Positions 8,328 through 18,200 of a stretch of DNA of 32,000 bases are shown in pieces. The notes beneath the pieces were generated by a model that was not told where the DNA came from, ran no database searches, and worked only from the letters and a program-made list of their open reading frames with translations. The position numbers and the translations under genes are program-made. The stretch is from Prevotella phage Lak-C1. The DNA lies in sequence record MK250029.1; one strand, given 5' to 3'. Every line of letters begins with the position of its first letter. The first letter of the stretch is position 1.

Positions 8328-10244
8328 ATGACAACAAAGAAATTAACGATTGAACAGAAGTATAAAAGTATGACAGAAGTTGAACATATCCTCCAGAAAT
8401 CTGGTATGTGGATCGGTTCAATTAATAAAGAAGATAAGAATTTATATGTTTATGACAATGATAATTGTAAGATGATTATGAAAACAGTCTCATATATTCC
8501 AGCGGTTTTAAAGTTAGTAGATGAGATTATTTCAAATTCAGTAGACGAATATAGAAGAATTGATAATTTAGGACTTACAAACCTTGATGTGAAAATTGAT
8601 ACAAACGGTTTTATTACTATTAGAGATAATGGTGGTATTCCTGTTGTAAAACATAAAGAAGCTGGTATTTATGTACCTACATTTTTGTTTGGTTCTCTGA
8701 GAACTTCATCAAATTATAATGATGATGATTCACGAGATGGCGTAGGAACAAATGGTGTAGGTTCTGCTATTACAAATGTATGGTCAACACAATATGAAGT
8801 AAGTACAGCAGACGGAAAGAATTCATATCATCAAACATGGTCTAATAATATGAATATAAATGATGATCTAGAAATAAAGAAATGTTCGAAGAAAGATCAT
8901 TATACAGAAACAAAGTTTAAGTTAGATTTTAAGAGACTTCATGAAACTGTAGATACATGTTTCTCTGAAGATTTTATCAATATCATAGAGAAAAGATGTA
9001 TTGATGCAGCTGCTGCAAACGTTGGATTAAATGTACATTTTTCATATACAGATAATGACAAGGTTATCAGAGAATCAGAATGGCATTTCAAAACATTTGA
9101 TGAATATATTGAATTATTTACTGATTATGTAGATACAGAACAAATGTTGAAATTCTCTGATTCTATTATGCAAGTATGGGTATTTCCTGATAATGGAATT
9201 AATGTCGGATTTGTAAATGGTGCAGAATGTTCAAGAGGAACACATATCAGAGCAGTTAGAAATGAGATTAACAATGCTATTTCTGCTTATCTTTTAACAA
9301 AAGAAAAGATTGACATTACACCAAAGAATGTAGATGGAAAATATTCAATGTTCTGTACATTCCATGTTAATAATCCATCATATGATTCACAGACAAAGGA
9401 ATGTTTGACAACTGTTGTTGAGAAATTCAGTAATGATTCCAAATATACATTTAAAGTTCCAGATGCATTTATTAAGAATGTATTAAAATCTGAGATTGTT
9501 GATATAGTAATTGATTGGTATAAGCAAAAATGTGAAGTTGAAGATCAGAAAACACTTCGAAAACTTAATAGGCAAGCAAAGAATAAGATTAGAAATAACG
9601 ATAAATTCATTGATGCAAATTCAAAACGAACAGCAGATAGAGAACTTTGGATATTTGAGGGTGATTCTGCACGTGCAGGATTCAGAGGTGCTCGTGACCC
9701 ACAAACACAAGCGGCATATATGTTGAGAGGTGTTATTTTGAATGTTATCGGATTACCACCAACAAAAATTATGGCAAATAAAGAGTTATCTGATTTGTTT
9801 AATATTATCGGTTTACAATGGGGTGAACCAATCGATGTAAAGAAACTTAATTTCAGTAAATTAGTTATTGCAACAGATGCTGATTTTGATGGTAGTAAAA
9901 TTGCTGGATTGCTTTTAACATTCTTTAATTTATGGCCAGAATTATTTGAAGCAGGAATTGTATGCAGAAGTATTACACATATTATTACTGCAACTAAAGG
10001 TAATGATGTACAAGGATTCTTTACAATGGAAGACTTCAAAAAGAAAGAAGATAAATTAAAGGGTTATAAGATTACATATAATAAAGGTCTTGGTGGATTA
10101 ACAGCAACAGAATATAAAGAGATGATGCGTAATCCGATTTTACATTATTATACTAAAGATGATTTAGCAGATATGACTATTAAATCATGGTTTGGTAAAG
10201 GTATTGCAAAAACTCGTAAAGATATGCTTAAAAATGAAGTTTAA
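8328..10244 (+). CDS. Type II DNA topoisomerase, ATPase/TOPRIM (GyrB/ParE, T4 gp39-like) subunit
   Basis: 638 aa. GHKL motifs ILVDEIISNSVDE-like, ITIRDNGGIPV, GTNGVGSAITN; TOPRIM ELWIFEGDSARAG and VIATDADFDGSKI; C-terminal YNKGLGGLTATE. Confidence 0.95.
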   Translation: MTTKKLTIEQKYKSMTEVEHILQKSGMWIGSINKEDKNLYVYDNDNCKMIMKTVSYIPAVLKLVDEIISNSVDEYRRIDNLGLTNLDVKIDTNGFITIRDNGGIPVVKHKEAGIYVPTFLFGSLRTSSNYNDDDSRDGVGTNGVGSAITNVWSTQYEVSTADGKNSYHQTWSNNMNINDDLEIKKCSKKDHYTETKFKLDFKRLHETVDTCFSEDFINIIEKRCIDAAAANVGLNVHFSYTDNDKVIRESEWHFKTFDEYIELFTDYVDTEQMLKFSDSIMQVWVFPDNGINVGFVNGAECSRGTHIRAVRNEINNAISAYLLTKEKIDITPKNVDGKYSMFCTFHVNNPSYDSQTKECLTTVVEKFSNDSKYTFKVPDAFIKNVLKSEIVDIVIDWYKQKCEVEDQKTLRKLNRQAKNKIRNNDKFIDANSKRTADRELWIFEGDSARAGFRGARDPQTQAAYMLRGVILNVIGLPPTKIMANKELSDLFNIIGLQWGEPIDVKKLNFSKLVIATDADFDGSKIAGLLLTFFNLWPELFEAGIVCRSITHIITATKGNDVQGFFTMEDFKKKEDKLKGYKITYNKGLGGLTATEYKEMMRNPILHYYTKDDLADMTIKSWFGKGIAKTRKDMLKNEV

Positions 10245-10255
10245 TAACAATATTG

Positions 10256-10296
10256 AAATTCCATATGTTAAATATAAAAAAACATATGGAATTTTT
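10256..10296 (+). terminator. Putative intrinsic terminator after topoisomerase subunit
   Basis: AAATTCCATATGTT / AACATATGGAATTT perfect 14-bp arms (10256-10269, 10281-10294), 11-nt loop, followed by a T-rich run. Confidence 0.65.
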
Positions 10297-10323
10297 AATT
10301 ATAAAAATAAAAATGTATCTTTG
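10291..10323 (+). promoter_or_regulatory. Putative phage promoter P5 (folD/caspase-like operon)
   Basis: TATCTTTG at 10316-10323 with ATTTTTAATTAT exactly 13 nt upstream, a degenerate match to the ATTTTTTTATTT box. Confidence 0.55.
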
Positions 10324-10344
10324 TAAAAATAATTTAGGAATAAA

Positions 10345-11220
10345 ATGAAGTTAATAGATGGAAAACAAGTATCTACGGAAATTAAACAAAATATAAAAGT
10401 AGAAGTAGATAATATTATTAAAAATGGTGGTAGACCACCACATCTTGTTGCGATTCTTGTAGGACATGATGGTGGTTCTGAAACATATGTTAAAAATAAA
10501 GTTAAAGCATGTGAAACATGTGGATTTAAAAGTACAGTATTGAGATTTGATTCAACTATTACAGAAGATGAATTACTTAATGAAATTCATAAATTAAATA
10601 ATGATTCTACAGTAGATGGTTTTATTGTACAACTTCCATTACCTAAACATATATCAGAAGATAAGATAACAGAAGCAATTGATTATAAAAAAGATGTAGA
10701 TGGTTTTCATCCAGTTAATGTAGGACGATTAAATATAGGATTACCTTGTTTTATTTCTGCAACACCATATGGTATTATGGAATTGTTAAAATATTATAAT
10801 ATTGAAACAAAAGGTAAACATTGTGTTATTATCGGACGTAGTAATATAGTGGGAAAACCAATGTCTACATTAATGGTTCAGAAGAATTTTGGTGATGCAA
10901 CAGTTACGGTTTGTCACAGTCATTCTGAAAATCTTAGAGATATATGTAAACAGGCAGATATATTAATCGCTGCTGTTGGTAAGTCAGAATTTGTTACTGC
11001 CGATATGGTAAAAGATAATGCAGTTGTTATTGATGTTGGTACAACACGAATACCTGATAATACTAAGAAGTCAGGTTTCAGATTATGTGGAGATGTTAAA
11101 TTTGATGAAGTATCACCAAAATGCAGTTATATAACACCTGTACCTGGTGGAGTAGGTCCAATGACAATTTGTATGCTTATGAAAAATACGTTATTAGCAG
11201 CAAAGCATGAAATTTATTAA
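10345..11220 (+). CDS. folD: Bifunctional methylenetetrahydrofolate dehydrogenase/cyclohydrolase
   Basis: 291 aa with [55 protein letters not shown] and [16 protein letters not shown] family signatures. Confidence 0.97.
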   Translation: MKLIDGKQVSTEIKQNIKVEVDNIIKNGGRPPHLVAILVGHDGGSETYVKNKVKACETCGFKSTVLRFDSTITEDELLNEIHKLNNDSTVDGFIVQLPLPKHISEDKITEAIDYKKDVDGFHPVNVGRLNIGLPCFISATPYGIMELLKYYNIETKGKHCVIIGRSNIVGKPMSTLMVQKNFGDATVTVCHSHSENLRDICKQADILIAAVGKSEFVTADMVKDNAVVIDVGTTRIPDNTKKSGFRLCGDVKFDEVSPKCSYITPVPGGVGPMTICMLMKNTLLAAKHEIY

Positions 11221-11236
11221 TTAAAAATAATACATT

Positions 11237-11803
11237 ATGACAATTATATTTTCAAATATGTTAGATTCCGATTGTCAGGTTCTTAGATGTACATGGCAAA
11301 ATATATCTGATGTTAATGTAGTAGAAATTACACCAGATATGAATATAGATGAAGCAGAAACTTCTGTTAATAATGCAATTATAGCAGAAGATGATACTAT
11401 TATATTTTTAGGTCATGGAACCGAATATGGTTTATTATTTCCTGATTTCTATAAAGGACTATATATTTTGCATGATGAAAATGTAAATTTAATTCATGCT
11501 AAAAATGTGATTTGTTGTTGGTGTCATGCATCTTCTTTTGTAAATAGACATAGTGATCATTTACATAATATATTTGCGACATCTATGTATATTTCAAATG
11601 AGCATGAAGCATATGATAATGCAATATATGATTATTCACAGAATGATATTGATTTAAATGGTATACGTTTTTATGCAAATATAAATCAATTATTGATTGA
11701 TAAAATACCGTTAGATCAATGGGTAATGATTTTAGGAGCAAAAATGGATATTGAAAATGAAATAGATGTTTTTAATAGGCAAGGCCTATTTTATCAAGAA
11801 TAA
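11237..11803 (+). CDS. Caspase-fold-like protein (188 aa), putative Cys/His dyad
   Basis: DDTIIFLGHGTEYGLLFP and NVICCWCHASSFVNRHS resemble the caspase/metacaspase His (GHG) and Cys (C-C-H-S/A) blocks in the right order. 16 nt after folD. Confidence 0.5.
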   Translation: MTIIFSNMLDSDCQVLRCTWQNISDVNVVEITPDMNIDEAETSVNNAIIAEDDTIIFLGHGTEYGLLFPDFYKGLYILHDENVNLIHAKNVICCWCHASSFVNRHSDHLHNIFATSMYISNEHEAYDNAIYDYSQNDIDLNGIRFYANINQLLIDKIPLDQWVMILGAKMDIENEIDVFNRQGLFYQE

Positions 11804-11808
11804 AAAAT

Positions 11809-11838
11809 AAAGGATAAGAATTTTAATTCTTATCCTTT
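11809..11838. terminator. Bidirectional terminator-like hairpin between convergent genes
   Basis: AAAGGATAAGAA / TTCTTATCCTTT perfect 12-bp arms around a 6-nt loop, with A/T tracts on both sides. Confidence 0.75.
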
Positions 11839-11842
11839 TTAA

Positions 11843-13303
11843 TTATACTAATTTTCCTTTTTGTATATCTTCTTTTATAATATTAAATACTTTTTCTGCA
11901 AATGTATCCAAATCTGATACAACACAACTATAATATGCATCTTCATGATAACCAGAATATGTTCTGTCTGTATATGTAAATTCATATTCATCTGAAGCAG
12001 ATAATGAAGTGAGATGGTTTAATGTATCTGTACTGTCTCTATCAGAACTTCCTGACTACATATATACATGTATAAAACATTTACCATTTGAACTATTATA
12101 ATATAAATCTTTAATAGCGCCACTCCAGTCATTATAATTACAATATATCTTCTTATCTGGATTATTTTCCAAAATTGTTTTTATCTATGATTTAAACCAT
12201 TGGAAATAATTAGATGGATTCGTTTCCATCTTATATTTTAATAATGTTTTTTCACTATTAGCTGCATTTTCAGATTCATTACCATTTAATTTATATAAAA
12301 TATATGGTTTAACAATATAAAGATAAACACCTTCACATAATACTTTAAATAAATTTGGTTTTTCATTAAAATATGAATATGATGTTAATGGATACTTAAA
12401 TAAGTTTGTCAATTCAAAATCTCTTTTAAAATCTCTTCTTCTTGCATCAGGTGCAAATGAAGCAGCTTCATATTCAACAAAACAATTATATGAATCTGGA
12501 TCAATTTCAAGATTAAAATATTGATCATAACCATCATAACCTCTTCTTACATATCCTACATTTTTTCTAATAGCAAATAAATGTTTATCAGTAAAACCAG
12601 TTAACTTATTAAAATTAATTATATCATCTCTTAATAAATCAACGAATTTAATAGCATCATTATGACATTTCTTTAATAAACTATTAACATATGACTCAAT
12701 ATCACTTTGACATTTTTTATATACTTTATTATATTCACTTACATATGAAGCTGATTTTACATCAAAATCATCATATAATGAAGCAGGTATATGTTGTATT
12801 AATGTTTCAAGTTTTGTAATATATTTTTTACTTACTTTACTTCTTGTTGATGTTGTACGAGTTTTTCTAACAGGTTTAGCAATATCTGGTTCAGACTATA
12901 CTACAGGTTTTGACTATATAGGTTTAGTATTAGATGTAATACCCATATTTATATTATATAAGTCTTGTATTTCTGATATAGTTCCACCTAATTCTAATAT
13001 TCTATGACCAAATAAATTGAATACCTTAATTTTATCCATATCTCCTTCTGTTTTTGGACATGGTTTCTTCATAATAATAAGAGCTGCAACATATCTTTCA
13101 ATTAAATCCTATTTTGTTAATTTTTTCATAGGTTTAACGAATTCACATTCAGTCGCTTTATTTCTTGAACAAACTGATGCTACACTTAACCATAATTTTC
13201 TATCTAATGTTCTGTGATCTATTTTCTTTGCCATTTCATTTAAAATATTTCTGACAGAATATGTAGATAGTTTTTTATTTATTGCTTTATCAAATAATGA
13301 CAT
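11843..13303 (-). CDS. TAG-recoded hypothetical protein (486 aa)
   Basis: Reads from ATG 13303 to TAA 11843-11845 with in-frame TAGs at 13109, 12914, 12896, 12185 and 12056 (plus-strand CTA). Joins track ORFs 13109-13303 and 12185-12412 in one frame. Confidence 0.8.
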
Positions 13304-13345
13304 AATAATATTATTCTATTTTTACAATATATTTATTAAAAATAA

Positions 13346-14104
13346 TTAACTATTAAAGACTGGTCTTATTGTGAATGCATAAAAACGTGGTTCCTATATT
13401 ATATGTGGTACTTCACTTTCATATTTTATATCATTTGAAAAATATAAACTTTGTGCATATGCTTTAATGTTATTTCTATATGTATTCATATATTTAGGAT
13501 CTGATGTATTATAAGAAGTCCAGTAATTACCGTATCCATAACCAGAAAAACCTTCAGTAACACTTCCAGCAGCAGGTAAATATATAAATTCTTTATTACC
13601 TCGTTTTTTAGATGTTATTTTATAACCAGGTATTATATTACCATTAGTATCACACCATTTCCAATTACAATATTTAATTAATTCTTCAAACTATTCCGGT
13701 GTTGGTATTTTATAATTTCCATTTGTTTCCTAATAAGCAGCATCATCTATATCTTCTAATTGGTAATGAACTTTATTTTTAGAATATTTTATAAATGTTT
13801 TATTATTTCCAGATGGATTAAATTTTGTATAATCTGTTTTAAATATACGCTTAGTATGTACAGGTTCTGTATATCCCCACTGATAGTAATTACCTGGATC
13901 TGTTTCAGTTTCTGCACCTAGATTTTTAGTACACCATAATGTTCCAGAAGGTAAACCTAAATTTACAAATTTATAATTATTTGATATATTATCTATTATT
14001 GTAGTATTATCATCTAATATAATATCATCGTCTATATCATCAAATAAACTTTCATATATTGCGGTTTTAATAGACTCTATTAATTTATTATATAATAATG
14101 ACAT
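13346..14104 (-). CDS. TAG-recoded FISUMP-domain (major paralogous domain) protein, 252 aa
   Basis: NYKFVNLGLPSGTLWCTKNLGAETETDPGNYYQWG...YKIPTPEQFEELIKYCNWKW...KEFIYLPAAGS...YGNYWTS...FYAFTIRPVFNS is a full-length FISUMP pattern, seen only when TAG is read through. Confidence 0.85.
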
Positions 14105-14192
14105 AAAAATATAAAAACTTTTATTATTTATTTTATTATAATGTACTTATTTTATAATAATTTATAATGATTTATTCTTTTTACAAAATAAA

Positions 14193-15581
14193 TCAGAAAT
14201 TAAACTAACCTACGTAGGATTTAGTTGAAAATAAGCTGGAAAACTACAGATTAAATTTATCTATAGAAAGTCTATACATCATTTTAGACTTTTTGAAGAA
14301 GTAATATAGTTCCACTAAGTCATGATATGTAGGATGTAAATGAAATTCTTCCAATGACTTCATATACAACTGTTTAAACATAACTATGCTTGGTCTAACT
14401 ATATTCTTTTTTATATCTTTAGATTTTATAATGTACTAATTATAAAATTCATATGCTCTACGACTTAACTCTATTGAAGCTAAAATCATATCAGGTAAAT
14501 TCAATGATCTATAAAGAAAGTTACCAATAAAACTCGAATATTCAGGAACAACCTTCAATAACTTAATATTCAAGATATTACATCTCTTCTATAAATTATT
14601 AACAAATAAAATTCTGTTCCATGAGTTATTAACTAATTTATTAAATCTCTTTCCTTTATCGGAATCTTTAGATTTGATATTTAAATCTTCACATGAAATT
14701 AACTGACATTTGTAATATATAGCTTTGTTAACTATATTTTTAACTATCTATATAGTTTCATACTAACGTTTATTTGAAATATATTTACGTTCTTTAGATT
14801 CAGTACTATAACCTTTACCTTTTAATCCAAAATCATAATCATTTAATTCTTTTATAGAATAAACACCGGATTTAACTACCTCAAATTCTGATTCAGATTT
14901 CCAATCAACTATACTCCATCCTATATAATTAGGATTAAGATCTAAACTAAGAATTCTGTTTTCAATTTTCTTTGAATTGAACTATGTATTTGAAATTATA
15001 TTTTCATCAAACTGAATATAAACATATTGATTATCAATTTTATAAGTTATTGGACAATCATCTAGAACTTGGTGTTTGTATATATTTGTTAATGTTTTCT
15101 TTATATTTAAATGTAAGAATTTTGGTAAGTTAATTTGAATTTTCTTTTCTTTAAGTTTTAATGTAATGAAAGATAAATCTTCGGATAGTTTGAATTTCCT
15201 GTTTCCATGCACAGATTTAGTTCCTGATTTCTTTTCGCCATATGAACATAAAGGAACTAATCTTTTTTCATTAAATTTATCTTTAGAAATTAATCCTTTT
15301 AACCTATTGAAAAAGTTTTTCTTTCCACCAAATATAACTTTCTATTCATTACCTACTAAACTATGAAGAAATTTCGCTTCATAGCTTGCTGACTATATAA
15401 ACCAACTATCCAACAACTCTATATTATTCAATAAACATAAATCAGTTACCTTATTCTTTATACCATTCTATAACTTATTAAATGCAACACGATATACATG
15501 ATTATACTACTTGATATATCTACCAAGCAATAACTAATCATTTTGATTATCTATTCTATATTTAATTTTTATTGTTTGCAT
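14193..15581 (-). CDS. TAG-recoded TnpB/Cas12-like RuvC nuclease (462 aa)
   Basis: Continuous frame from ATG 15581 to TGA 14193-14195 with about 12 in-frame TAGs. RuvC-I ILSLDLNPNYIGWSIVDW, RuvC-II QLISCEDLNIKSKD, RuvC-III-like VPEYSSFIGNFLYRSLNLPDMILASIELSRRAYEF. N-terminal region includes GGKKNFFNRLKGLISKDKFNEKRLVPLCSYGEKKSGTKSVHGNRKFKL. Confidence 0.7.
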
Positions 15582-15746
15582 TTAATATTATAATTATATT
15601 CTATATTATTTATCTAAATTATTCTTAGAATTATCATCATTTCTAAAAATATTTCGAAAATATTTTAATTATTACCAACAAAATTAAACAAAAAGAATAT
15701 AACTTTATATAGAGAATAAATTATTTATAATATATGATTAATTATA

Positions 15747-16625
15747 TTGAATATGAAGAAATTATTTAAGTTAAATAATAATATTTGTGATCAGATATTT
15801 AATGAAGCACAAATACATTTTACTAAAAATTGTTCAAACAGATGTCCTTTCTGTATTGATGCATTTAATAATGGTGTTGGAAATAAAAAACCAGATATAG
15901 ATAAGATCTTTTTATCAGTATTAAATATAAAAGATAAAATAGATGATATTGCAATATCAGGTGGTGAACCAATGCTTTATATTGATGAGCTGCTACAATT
16001 AGTCAGAAATATAAAAAGATTTGCAAAATTAAATGTTACTGTTATTACATCAATGCCTATTACATGCTGGACACATAAAGAAACATTTTTCGAAATAATA
16101 AAGATAATAGATCATCTTATTATTTCCCCACAACATTATGACCAGGAAATTGGTGATAAAATCAGAGGTTGTAATTCATTTTATAATAGAGAAAAATTAT
16201 TCAGTGAAATACCATATAAAAATAAAGTTTCATTAACTATTAATATTATAAAAGGTTATTTCAATGATAAACAAGATATTATAGATAATATAAAGTTTTT
16301 TGAAAAATTAGGTTATTCTAATTTCAAATTAGCAGAAATATTTGAACATGATGAACTTTATGTTTCCATAGAGGATTTATTAGGTTTTAAATTACCTTCC
16401 CCTTTTTCATATGGATGTTCAACAAAACATTTTGATCTATCTCCATATTTAGGATATAATTCAAATTCTGATTTTACTATTAAACGATGCTGTTTTTATA
16501 AGACTCATAAACAACATGCGTCTATTAATGATTTATTGAAAATATTAATCAGACCATTTTTTGCAAAAAAATATTTTTTCTGTATTATATATGAAGATGG
16601 AAAAATTGTCAGAAGATGGTTCTAA
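15747..16625 (+). CDS. Radical SAM enzyme (292 aa)
   Basis: CSNRCPFC (CxxxCxxC) and ISGGEPMLY. Additional Cys later (YGCSTK, RCCFYKT). Confidence 0.9.
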   Translation: MNMKKLFKLNNNICDQIFNEAQIHFTKNCSNRCPFCIDAFNNGVGNKKPDIDKIFLSVLNIKDKIDDIAISGGEPMLYIDELLQLVRNIKRFAKLNVTVITSMPITCWTHKETFFEIIKIIDHLIISPQHYDQEIGDKIRGCNSFYNREKLFSEIPYKNKVSLTINIIKGYFNDKQDIIDNIKFFEKLGYSNFKLAEIFEHDELYVSIEDLLGFKLPSPFSYGCSTKHFDLSPYLGYNSNSDFTIKRCCFYKTHKQHASINDLLKILIRPFFAKKYFFCIIYEDGKIVRRWF

Positions 16626-16646
16626 AAATAAAATTAGTTAATAATT

Positions 16647-17108
16647 ATGGATGTTAGAAAAATATTAGATAATATTACCAAATATATAGGTGATTATATT
16701 GCATCACATGCAGATAGAAATGAACTATTGAATAGTTATAATACTATAACAAAAATTGATAGTGCAATTAAAAATATTGATAGTACATTGGAAACAATAG
16801 ATGATAATGAATTATCAGATCGATTAAAAGAATATAAACATAAGAAGGAAGAAGAAAAAGAAAAGATAATGGATGAATTACTGTATAAAGTATTACCTAA
16901 ACCTTCTGTTATTGATATTAATGATTATTCAACAGATGGAAGTAATTATTATACATTAAATAGTAAGGAAAAAAATACACTAAATTTTAAAGAAGTAATT
17001 AAAGAAAAACCAAAAGAAAAACCAATAACTACCAGAGATTATTATGAAACATATTCAGGTGGATGTGGAAATACATATAGTGGTTTTTCTCGTTCTGGAG
17101 GATGTTAA
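16647..17108 (+). CDS. Hypothetical protein (153 aa) with Gly/Cys/Ser-rich C-terminal tail
   Basis: Charged helical N-terminal part, then TRDYYETYSGGCGNTYSGFSRSGGC at the C-terminus. Starts 21 nt after the radical SAM gene. Confidence 0.7.
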   Translation: MDVRKILDNITKYIGDYIASHADRNELLNSYNTITKIDSAIKNIDSTLETIDDNELSDRLKEYKHKKEEEKEKIMDELLYKVLPKPSVIDINDYSTDGSNYYTLNSKEKNTLNFKEVIKEKPKEKPITTRDYYETYSGGCGNTYSGFSRSGGC

Positions 17109-17143
17109 ATAATAAATTAAATAAATTAATAAACTAATAAATT

Positions 17144-17233
17144 ATGAAATTTTTATTTTTTATATTTTTTATGTACATTATTATAAAGTTATTTAATAAC
17201 AATAATAATAATTCAAATTTAAGTTTAAATTAA
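17144..17233 (+). CDS. Possible 29-aa hydrophobic micropeptide
   Basis: MKFLFFIFFMYIIIKLFNNNNNNSNLSLN between 17108 and 17264, ending in TAA. Could be chance in AT-rich sequence. Confidence 0.2.
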   Translation: MKFLFFIFFMYIIIKLFNNNNNNSNLSLN

Positions 17234-17263
17234 ATGAGTATACTATTTTAAATAAAGCACATT

Positions 17264-18199
17264 ATGACAAAAGATGATTTAATAAAGAAATTTCCTATAC
17301 CACAATTTAGTAAGTTTCCTGATAACAAAATAAATGAATTAATAGATTTATGTCTTGATACAGCAAAGTCATATCATCAGGTAAATGATATGATTTATAA
17401 TTATATCAAATATAATTTTACACATTCAACATATTTAATATTTGAAAGTGATACTGTTGATGGAGAACTGTCAAAAGATGAATTTGAAAATAATTTCAAT
17501 TATGAAAGTTTTAATGCATGGTATTATGGATATTTGTCTAAAGATAATTATAATACATTGCTAAAGTATGGTGAATATTTAAATGGAAGAATAATAGATA
17601 TTCCTACATATTCAATACAAGATTGGATTAAAGATGTTGAAATTTATTTTAAGTTAACACATAAATCTCATAGAACATTATTTGATGCATGTAAACTTAT
17701 TTCTGATATTGTATATAAAGATGTTTTTGATGAGAATTACCAAAGTCTTAGAACAAAGTATCATACTAAACAAACATTAATGCTTCAAGGATTGGGTATT
17801 CTATTGAAACAGAATTCAATGTCAAAAGTAACAAATGAAAATAAAGAAAAGTTTTATAAAGAATTAATGAAATATTTCATGTATCCTAAATATTTTGGTT
17901 ATATGAAAGAAAATTACAGATATTCATTATCAAAGAAAAAACTTCCAAGAAAGACAAAGAAATTTTTACATAATCCTATGGTAAACAATATATCAGGACG
18001 AAATAGATTTAATCTTATTAAACAGCAACTTTTTTATAATCGAATATATTCTGATTATGGACCATATGGAGAATTTCTTAATATATTCAGAAACGCAGGA
18101 ATATCAGATGAGATTGCAAGAAAAATTTGTCCTTGGAAAGAATCTGCTATGATTAATTATGAAGATATGTCAGTTGTTGTAAATGGTATATATTATTAA
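17264..18199 (+). CDS. Hypothetical protein (311 aa)
   Basis: Long standard-code ORF, TAA stop immediately before the HEG start; no domain recognised. Confidence 0.8.
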   Translation: MTKDDLIKKFPIPQFSKFPDNKINELIDLCLDTAKSYHQVNDMIYNYIKYNFTHSTYLIFESDTVDGELSKDEFENNFNYESFNAWYYGYLSKDNYNTLLKYGEYLNGRIIDIPTYSIQDWIKDVEIYFKLTHKSHRTLFDACKLISDIVYKDVFDENYQSLRTKYHTKQTLMLQGLGILLKQNSMSKVTNENKEKFYKELMKYFMYPKYFGYMKENYRYSLSKKKLPRKTKKFLHNPMVNNISGRNRFNLIKQQLFYNRIYSDYGPYGEFLNIFRNAGISDEIARKICPWKESAMINYEDMSVVVNGIYY

Positions 18200-18200
18200 T

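Noticed and set aside
9511-10039. ORFs 9511-9726 (+) and 9545-10039 (-) within the topoisomerase gene
   Set aside because: Overlap strongly supported TOPRIM coding sequence in other frames.
13017-13217. Plus-strand ORF 13017-13217, and similarly 15166-15366, 20289-20564, 23300-23527 and 1289-1480
   Set aside because: Each is contained in, or mostly overlaps, a better supported gene on the opposite strand, without promoter or domain evidence.
13346-14104. FISUMP gene as a diversity-generating retroelement target
   Set aside because: No reverse transcriptase or template repeat is visible in this window.
11843-15581. Region of fragmented ORFs that could be pseudogenes or a decayed mobile element
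   Set aside because: The breaks are TAG only, not TAA/TGA or frameshifts, and translation through them gives intact domains. Recoding explains it better.
14193-15581. Complete IS605-type transposon around the TnpB-like gene
   Set aside because: No TnpA (Y1 transposase) or recognisable ends nearby. Better described as a stand-alone TnpB/Cas12-like gene.
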